DNA of 63,301 bases, filler included, from Reclinomonas americana ATCC 50394 (lineage: Eukaryota), in the NCBI GenBank assembly GCA_048213135.1. It is 4 parts of 2 records of this genome, joined end to end, with 100 filler letters (N's around TTAATTAATTAA, not from the genome) between each part and the next. Parts side by side here need not be neighbours in the genome. Positions count along the whole stretch, not along the records: positions 40,955 to 57,252 come from PS015261.1; positions 57,353 to 63,301 come from PS015262.1; 2 more parts are not named here. One strand, 5' to 3'. Below the pieces are notes generated by a model, which saw nothing but the letters and a program-made list of their open reading frames with translations, made no database searches and was not told where the DNA came from. Position numbers and translations under genes: made by a program. Below are positions 55,376 through 63,301 of this stretch, one piece after another (position 1 is the stretch's first letter; every line of letters begins with the position of its first letter).

Positions 55376-56516
55376 GACAAAAAAAGCGAGTGACAGATAG
55401 GCGGAGAGAGAAGGATAGGAGAGTTGCTACAATGGCACAGAGAAAGGTGCGTATGTGTGTGTGTTTTCGTNNNNNNNNNNNNNNNNNNNNNNNNNNNNNN
55501 NNNNNNNNNNNNNNNNNNNNNNNNNNNNNNNNNNNNNNNNNNNNNNNNNNNNNNNNNNNNNNNNNNNNNNNNNNNNNNNNNNNNNNNNNNNNNNNNNNNN
55601 NNNNNNNNNNNNNNNNNNNNNNNNNNNNNNNNNNNNNNNNNNNNNNNNNNNNNNNNNNNNNNNNNNNNNNNNNNNNNNNNNNNNNNNNNNNNNNNNNNNN
55701 NNNNNNNNNNNNNNNNNNNNNNNNNNNNNNNNNNNNNNNNNNNNNNNNNNNNNNNNNNNNNNNNNNNNNNNNNNNNNNNNNNNNNNNNNNNNNNNNNNNN
55801 NNNNNNNNNNNNNNNNNNNNNNNNNNNNNNNNNNNNNNNNNNNNNNNNNNNNNNNNNNNNNNNNNNNNNNNNNNNNNNNNNNNNNNNNNNNNNNNNNNNN
55901 NNNNNNNNNNNNNNNNNNNNNNNNNNNNNNNNNNNNNNNNNNNNNNNNNNNNNNNNNNNNNNNNNNNNNNNNNNNNNNNNNNNNNNNNNNNNNNNNNNNN
56001 NNNNNNNNNNNNNNNNNNNNNNNNNNNNNNNNNNNNNNNNNNNNNGAGGGGGAAAGAGAGAGAGAAGGCGCAAGCGCTTTTCTAAGAGAGTTGGGTTGTT
56101 TAGAAGGTGGTTGCTTGAAGCAGTGTTGGGGGAGCAGCGGGGGTGGGGCTAAGGGGCGTCATGGTGTGCGTGGTGTTTGTTCGTTGCGGAAAGCGAGCGT
56201 AGGACATGCGACGTTTGCTCAAAGAGACAGAGTGGGCGGAGTGAGCAGAGCGCGCGCGCGCTCTGTTCTCTGTAGTGGCTGAGCATGCGAGGAATGAGAG
56301 TGGGGAAGGTGAGCGAGGCAGCGGTGGTTGTTCGTTGGCTCGCAATGTCGACGTTGTCATTTCTCACCACTGGAAGCAAGGAAAATGCCGCGCGTTGCAG
56401 CATGCAGGGAGAGGAGCATGTGCACACACAGGCAAGCAAGAAACAAGCGCAAGGAGAGAAGAGTAACAGACGTCACGGGCGACAGGACATTTTCACTTTT
56501 GATCAACTCACGAGCG

Positions 56517-57252
56517 ATGGGCGTTGCGTCATCACTCTCACACTCACACTCTCTCATTCACTCTGTCGGCCTCACTGTTCTCATCTCGCGTGTGCAGCTT
56601 GCGGAAGACTTCCAAGCAGCTGCCGACGAGGCACGCACCTTTGAGAAGGGCTCAAACGACGACAAGCTCAACCTGTACAAGTTGCGCACACAGACACACA
56701 CACACACATACACATTCACTCTGCACATTAGTGTGCTTGTGTAAGAGCGAGAGAGACAAGTAANNNNNNNNNNNNNNNNNNNNNNNNNNNNNNNNNNNNN
56801 NNNNNNNNNNNNNNNNNNNNNNNNNNNNNNNNNNNNNNNNNNNNNNNNNNNNNNNNNNNNNNNNNNNNNNNNNNNNNNNNNNNNNNNNNNNNNNNNNNNN
56901 NNNNNNNNNNNNNNNNNNNNNNNNNNNNNNNNNNNNNNNNNNNNNNNGTTGTTCCGACATGTCCATGCTCATGTCTCTCCTCTCTCCTCTCTCTTTGTGT
57001 GTGTTTGCGTTGTTGTGTGTGCGTGTGTCACAGGTACTTCAAGCAGGCGACTGTCGGTGACGTCAACATTGGTGGGTGATTCCCTCTTTTTCTTCTCTCA
57101 CTTTGCACACACGTGTACTCACTCTCACTCTCTCTCTCTCTCATGTGTGTGTGTGCAGAGCGCCCGGGCATGTTCTCGGTGAGTGCATTCTCTCTCTTAC
57201 ACTGTCTCTCTTTGTGTGTGTTGCTGACTCGTTGTCTTGCAGAGTTGCGCTT
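56517..57252 (+). CDS. ACBP: Acyl-CoA-binding protein (3' truncated)
   Basis: Spliced MG|LAEDFQAAADEARTFEKGSNDDKLNLYK|YFKQATVGDVNI|ERPGMFS matches the ACBP signature (LY..FKQATVGD.N..RPG). Confidence 0.9.
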
Positions 57253-57296
57253 NNNNNNNNNNNNNNNNNNNNNNNNNNNNNNNNNNNNNNNNNNNN

Positions 57297-57308
57297 TTAA
57301 TTAATTAA
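57297..57308. other. Artificial scaffold linker TTAATTAATTAA
   Basis: Identical N-flanked 12-mer. Confidence 0.95.
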
Positions 57309-57426
57309 NNNNNNNNNNNNNNNNNNNNNNNNNNNNNNNNNNNNNNNNNNNNCGGAGGAGGAGGAGGAGGAGGGCAGTCAGAGGCAACGAATCGATGACA
57401 CTCGATTTCCCCCATTTACTCCTCAC

Positions 57427-60400
57427 CGTGTTGGGCGTCCATCGAAGACGACTGGAGTACACCACCGGGTCCACCAGCGACAACCGCAGCTTCGTTCTGC
57501 ACATGCGAACGCCATTGTCGGTCACATACCGCTCGGAGGTCTCCATCTGCGCCGCGCAATGCATGTGAGCTATAGGTGCACATTTTTTGAGCACAGAATC
57601 CACGGCGACGCAACATGCTCGACAATGTCAGACAACGGGAGTGGAGTCAGTTGCGTGGCAGCGAGGCGCAGCTTGGGCTTGTTGATGTGCGGCAGTCCCT
57701 TGACGCTCATAATCGGCTGCTTCACACTTGCCGACATCAGAAGCTCACGCAAACGCGGGATACCGACAGTGACGTGAGCCATATCGACACCTGCACACGA
57801 CCGAGCATGGATTGTAAGCAGGGGCAGGAAAAAGATGCATTGGCTCGGAATATGAAAACGAACCGGCAAAGTGGAACGTGTTGAGCGTCATTTGCGTCGA
57901 CGGTTCACCAATGGACTGACCGGCGAGCACGCCCACGGCATCGCCCGGCTGCACAATGCTGTGCATGTACTTCAGATTCACCAGTGCGCGCAGTCCGTTC
58001 GGAGGCAACGTGAGCTGCGGAAAGCGTGTCAGCAAAAAAGACGCAACCTCTCGCGATACGCTAGAAAACAAAGAAAACGAAACAGCGTGCTCCATAAAAT
58101 CGGGCGTGTCGGCGGTGCCGACGAGCTTGTCGGGATTCTTTGTGATGTAGTCCTCCACAGACTTGGCCACCTTCTCCGAGATGCAACCGAGGTTGTTGGT
58201 GGGGTTGAACTTGGAGATGGCAGGCATCACTGGATTCTCGCGATTCAGCAGACCGCCGCCCCGCTCCACTGCCGCCGCGTACTTGCGCATTGTCTTGCTG
58301 GCGTAGCTGCGTTGCTCCAGCACCTGCAATCCAGCCGTTAGCGACCCACGAAAAATAATGTGCAAAGGGAAGCTCCTCATACCTGCAGCACTTGCGGCGC
58401 AGCGTACTTTTCGCTCAACGCCTTGGAGTTCATGGCCAGGAACGACATGTTGTGCAGGTAGCGATTCTTCATCACGTCGATCGAGTCCTCGCCGTAGTTG
58501 AACTGCAAGCAGATCGACATGAGATCCAGCGCACTGTGGTAAGTCAGTTGCTCACAAACCTGCACCACACTGCCGTCGGCATCGCGCACGGTATTGTCGT
58601 ACGCCACCGTCAGGCCCTCCATGTGCTTGATGAGACAGCGCTGCAGGTAGCCTGAACGCGACGTCTTGACAGCCGTGTCGATGAGACCCTCGCGACCGGC
58701 CATGCAGTGGAAGAAGTATTCCTGCGAGAGGGAACAAGGTAAGAGGGAGAAGGGTGGAAGAGAGAGAAGGGTGGGAGAGAGAGAGAGAGAGAGAAGAGAG
58801 AGAAGGCACGAAGATGCACAGAAAAGGAGACAGCAAAAAGGGGGAAGAATTTGACAGCAGGAGATGCAGCAAGAGAGTGGAGACTCGACAGCAGTACGGG
58901 AGAAATACCTCACAACAAGAGAGAACAGACAAAGCAGGTGGAGAGACAAGACAACAGAGGAGAAGAGTCTCAGCGTCAGGAGAGTAGATACACGACATCA
59001 AGGGAGACAACAAGAGATAGAAGACTCTACTGCAGCAGGAGAAAAAAACTCGACAACCAGAAGACGACAACAGAAATGAGATCAAGAGAAGAGACTTGAC
59101 AACAAAAATGAGATCAACGAGAGAAGAGACTTGACAACAGACACAGCGAGAGAGAGGAGACTCGACAACAGCACGAGCAGAAACACTCGATACAGAGAGG
59201 GATACAGAAGAGAACAGGCACAACCTCACGAGATGAGAGGCAGAACAGGTTAGGACAGATACTGCAACGAAACAAGAGACTCGACAGCAGCAGGTTAAGA
59301 ATCTCCACATCAAGAGAGACAACAACAGGGAAAGACACGACTGCAACGGAAAACGAAATAAAGAGAATGACAACCGAGAAGAGTCGATCGAGGGAAGGAA
59401 CTCTCACAACCTTGTTTCTATGCTTTCCTCATCTCTCTCCCATGCCTCACCTGCGGTCGAATGCCCGTCAAGAAACGATCACGAATGAAACCACTGGCGC
59501 GCGCCTGCGGATCAAACGGCTCAAAGCTCGGCAGAGTCTTACCGCTCGGCATCGGAGGCACACGCTTGCCCTCGTACTCCTGCTGGCCGAGAAGGGCCAT
59601 AATCTGCGACATGTTGACCATACTGCCCTTGGCGCCGGACTGCGTCATCAAGCTGAAGTTGTTGCGAGGGAACTCCTTCAGCTGGCCGGCGGGGATGCAC
59701 GACCGAATCACGTCCGAGGCCATCTTGTTCAGCGTCTTCTTCACCTCGCCGTCCAGCTTGCGCGCATTGGTGGGATCCTTCAGGAACACTTGCATCTTGT
59801 TCTTCATCTCCAGCTTGCTGTACTGCTCGTGGAACAGCTCGTGGGAGGCGGCGTTGTGCTTGGGTCGCACCTCGGCCAGTCGCGCGTAAATGTCGTAGCA
59901 CGATACGTTGGCCTCGGCGAGCACGCGGTTGCGGTATTCCTCTGCCTTGCTCTGTGAAGGGGAGGGTGAGGGAAAGGGAGGGTGAGGGAAAGGGAGGGTG
60001 AGGGAAAGGGAGGGTGAGGGAAAGGGAGAGAAGAGAGGGAAAGGGAGGGAGGAGAGTTAGGGAAAGGGAGGAGAGGGAAAGTGAAGGAGGAGAGGGAGAG
60101 AGATAGGATTGGTAACACAGAGAGAGACAGACAGACGAGAGAGAGGTTTTGTGCGAATGCAGTAAGAGATGTGGTGGGAAGCGAGCAACGCAAGCAGCGG
60201 TGTGTGAGTCGAGACATAGTGAAGGAATATGCACACAAGTGAACACAATCTCGCAACGCATGAAAGCAAAGCGTTGTAAAGGAGCACAAGCTCACGACAC
60301 TATCACACGCTGATTAAACAATTACACGAGTGCTATGACGAGTAACAGACTGACGATCTCTCTCACATACAAAGACACGAGGGTCGCCTACTTGGGAACA

Positions 60401-63153
60401 GAGCTGCACGCGTACAACACTATCACACGCTGATCAAACAAATGCACGAGTGCAATGACATGTAACAGACTGACGATCTCACACGATGATCAAACACATG
60501 CACGAGTGCTATGACGTGTAACAGACTGACAATCTCACAATCAAAAACACGAGGGTCACCACATGAGAACAGAGCTGCACGCGCACAACACTATCACACG
60601 CTGATCAAACACATGCAAGAGTGCTATGACATGAAACAGACTGACAATCTCTCACATACAAAGACACAAGGGTCGCCTACTTTGGGAACAGAGCTGCACG
60701 CACCACCAGCATGAGATCGTCGAGGCCGCACGTCAGACCGTACATCTGAATGTACAGCGTAAAGAGACGACCGAAAATCGTCAACAGCGAGCCGGCCTTG
60801 GACGCGCCGTAGGCTTCGTACACCGACTGCAGTTCAGAGACCGCAGTCAGCCACATGCATGCACTCGTCGTCACAGTCGCCACACTACGCGTACGCAACG
60901 TGCACGAGACCGAACTCCGAAGCGCCAAATTGGTTCTTGTCCAGCACTCCAGTCAGCAGCTGGTTGTCGCGGAAAATGACGGTGCCCTCCTCAATGGCAC
61001 CGGTCCACATGCTGGCCGGCACCTTGGTGCTCGAATCGAGGTTCAGACCTGGCGAGCCGGCGGTGAGCATGTTCATGATGCTGGTGATCTGCACGACGAC
61101 AATGATGACGATAACGTGTCAAACACGATGATGACCGACGACTGGATCACGACGAATGCACGCACCACTTGCTTGCCACTCCACATGGGCACCGGCTTGA
61201 AAATGCACGGCGGCACGGTGTAGATGCGCTTCGTGCCGATATACTGGTACATGCAGCCGTACAGAAGCGTCTGGTACTCGTCGCGGGTGAGGAACGTGTC
61301 CTTCTTTGTCAACAGCACACCACCGCACACGTGATCCTGCGCGCGCACACATGAAAGTGGTCAACATCGGTTGAAGGTGGAGGATTGTGAACATTACAGT
61401 GAGCACACCTGAATGAGACCGCGGATGGGCTTGCCGGACGTCGGCACCACGTACTGGTTGTCCGTGTTGGAGATGAGCATGGCCTCGGCACTCGCGAGGT
61501 AGTTCTGCACAGCAACCACGCAGTCAGCAATGAAGAGATAAAAAAAGGGGCGCGGAAGCACACACCTGCGCCAAGTGAAGATTGATTTCATCACCGTCGA
61601 AATCGGCATTGTACGTGTTGCAGTTGGCGTAGTGCATGCGAATGGTCTTTTGGTTGGAGATCACACGCGCGCGATGCGTCATCATACTCGGCTTGTGCAA
61701 CGTCGGTTGGCGATTCACCAACAGCATGTCGCCATCTCGCAGGTGACGCAGGACTTTCTTTGGTCCGCGATCTGCTCGCGTGTGAGGCATGATGAGAACG
61801 CGATGGAAAGAAACAGGTGGGACACGAACCGCCAGTGCCAGTGGTGGTCATCAGAGTCTTGCTCGTGGCGATGCGTTGCTGCTCGGTCAGGTGTGACTGT
61901 GTGGCAATAGAGGTGAGTCGAGGTCGAATAGGGAAGGAAAAGAGGGAAGGAGAAGGGGGAAGGAGAAGGGAGAAGGAGAAAGAGGGAAGGAGAAGGTGAA
62001 GGAGAAAGAGGGAAGAAGAAGGGGAAAGAGAAGGGAGAAGAGGGATGGGAAGGTGAAGGGGGAAGGTGAAGGTGAAGGCGAGAGGAAGGAGACAGGGGAA
62101 GGTGAAGCGGGAAGGTGAAGGACCGGAAAGAGAAGGAGAGGGAGGAAGGTGAAGGGGGAAGGTGAAGGGGGAAGGTGAAAGGGGAAGGTGAAGGGGGAAG
62201 GTGAAGGGGGAAGAAGGGGGGACGGAACAGGGGCAGGAACTCTGGCAGGATGAGGAGGAAGGAACAGGGGGGAGGAACAGGGGGACAATGAAAGGCACTT
62301 TCTCCATCTCTCTATTTTTCTCCCCTCTCCCTCCCCTCTCCCTCTCCACCCCTATCCCTCGTCCTTCTCCTCTCTCCTCCCCTCCCGTTCTCCACCCACT
62401 CACCAAATCAATCATCCGACCATCCTCCTCCACCACAAACAGCGCACCCGGATGCTTGCGCGGTCCATTGATGACGCACTGGCGCAGGCGCTCGACGTTG
62501 AAGGAGTTGACGGACTCGGGGAACGAGAGACGCGTGGCAAAGTACAGCGGCACGCCAATTTCGCTCGTCTCCAAGTACAAGTCGGGGGAGATGACGGAAC
62601 GCGCGGCGTAGTTCACACGCTTGCCCATCATGTGCTTGCGGAAGAGACCCTCCTTCTTCTCCAGGATCTGCTTGATGCCGGGAGGATCGCCGGCAGCGCC
62701 ACCCGTCGAGTCCATCAGCGCATTCACCGCACGCTGCATCTCCAGGCAAATGTTGATGATCAGACCCGCCTTCTCCTTCTGCATTCGAGCAAAGATAGCG
62801 CGGTCGAACGGGTGAGAGCTGTGGAAGAGAAACAGAGGCAGCCATGACCAGACAAACCTCGCCGACTTCACCCGGCTTCTGATCGAGCATGGCAAAGAGG
62901 GCTTGATTGGAGCGCAACACGCGCATCAACGTCTTGTTCTGCACATGCTCGTACACCATGTCGTTCATCACGGCCGGCGGGCGGAATCGATTCGGCGGCA
63001 CCGCCACCACGTCCATGAAGAACATGTCGGCGCTGACGGGCACGCGGACACCGTCAGTGAGCGTGCCAAAGAGTCGAGTCAGCAACTCGCTCTCCCGCTG
63101 CCACATCTTGCACAAGTGGGCGCGCACTTCCGGCACACTCATGTATACGATTC
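57427..63153 (-). CDS. RPA1: RNA polymerase I largest subunit (internal part; both ends missing)
   Basis: [128 protein letters not shown]; these are the Pol I-type variants of the motifs. Confidence 0.95.
60297..60702. repeat. Degenerate tandem minisatellite in an RPA1 intron, starting at the 5' splice site
   Basis: Repeated acactatcacacgctgat.aaaca..tgca.gagtg..atgac...aacagactgac.atctc units; gaacagagctgcacgc at about 60396, 60567 and 60686. Confidence 0.82.
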
Positions 63154-63301
63154 CTGAGACGAGGCGCGCAAAGTGAGGAGGGCGATGAGACAGAGGGCAG
63201 GTGGGAGAGGGAGAGGGAGAGGGAGAGGGAGAGGGAGAAGGAGAAGGAGAGGGAGAGGGAGAGGGAGAGGGAGAGGGAGAGGGAGAGGGAGAGGGAGAGG
63301 G

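Noticed and set aside
60297-60702. Regularly spaced repeats as a CRISPR array
   Set aside because: Degenerate tandem units without unique spacers, inside a eukaryotic intron, and no cas genes.
57427-63153. Stop-codon reassignment or alternative genetic code
   Set aside because: Conserved exons have no in-frame stops once introns are removed, and TAA, TAG and TGA each terminate genes in this window.
57427-63153. Giant-virus or Pol II/III origin of the polymerase subunit
   Set aside because: Pol I-type motifs ([39 protein letters not shown]) and host-type introns indicate ordinary nuclear RPA1.

Overview
Eukaryotic, GC-rich, intron-dense and microsatellite-rich genomic DNA, most likely from a protist; the taxon cannot be determined from this window. 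The window is an artificial concatenation of four scaffold pieces joined by N-flanked TTAATTAATTAA linkers (28538, 40899, 57297). The 20-N gaps and TACG noise suggest a 454/Newbler-type assembly. Hand-spliced genes: an unknown type II membrane protein, a secreted GH114 glycosidase, a G76P ubiquitin-like protein head-to-head with an NBR1-like autophagy receptor, RAD17, a TEY MAP kinase, a PI3K-gamma p101/PACS-like protein, an ankyrin/coiled-coil RLK/Pelle-type kinase with a duplicated 3' half, a PH-domain protein, a degenerate Rab/Ras-like GTPase, three fragments of a secreted 6-Cys-repeat family, a GH35 beta-galactosidase, a FAM173-like methyltransferase, ACBP and RNA polymerase I RPA1. The main observation is a two-class 5' splice-site code. 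By my hand count about one third of introns (27) begin with a one-base-shifted donor, GTTGCG/GTTNCG, and 26 of these 27 follow an exon ending in A, C or T. Conventional GTnnG donors almost always follow an exon ending in G. All exon boundaries and homology calls were inferred by eye and need RNA-seq and profile-search confirmation.
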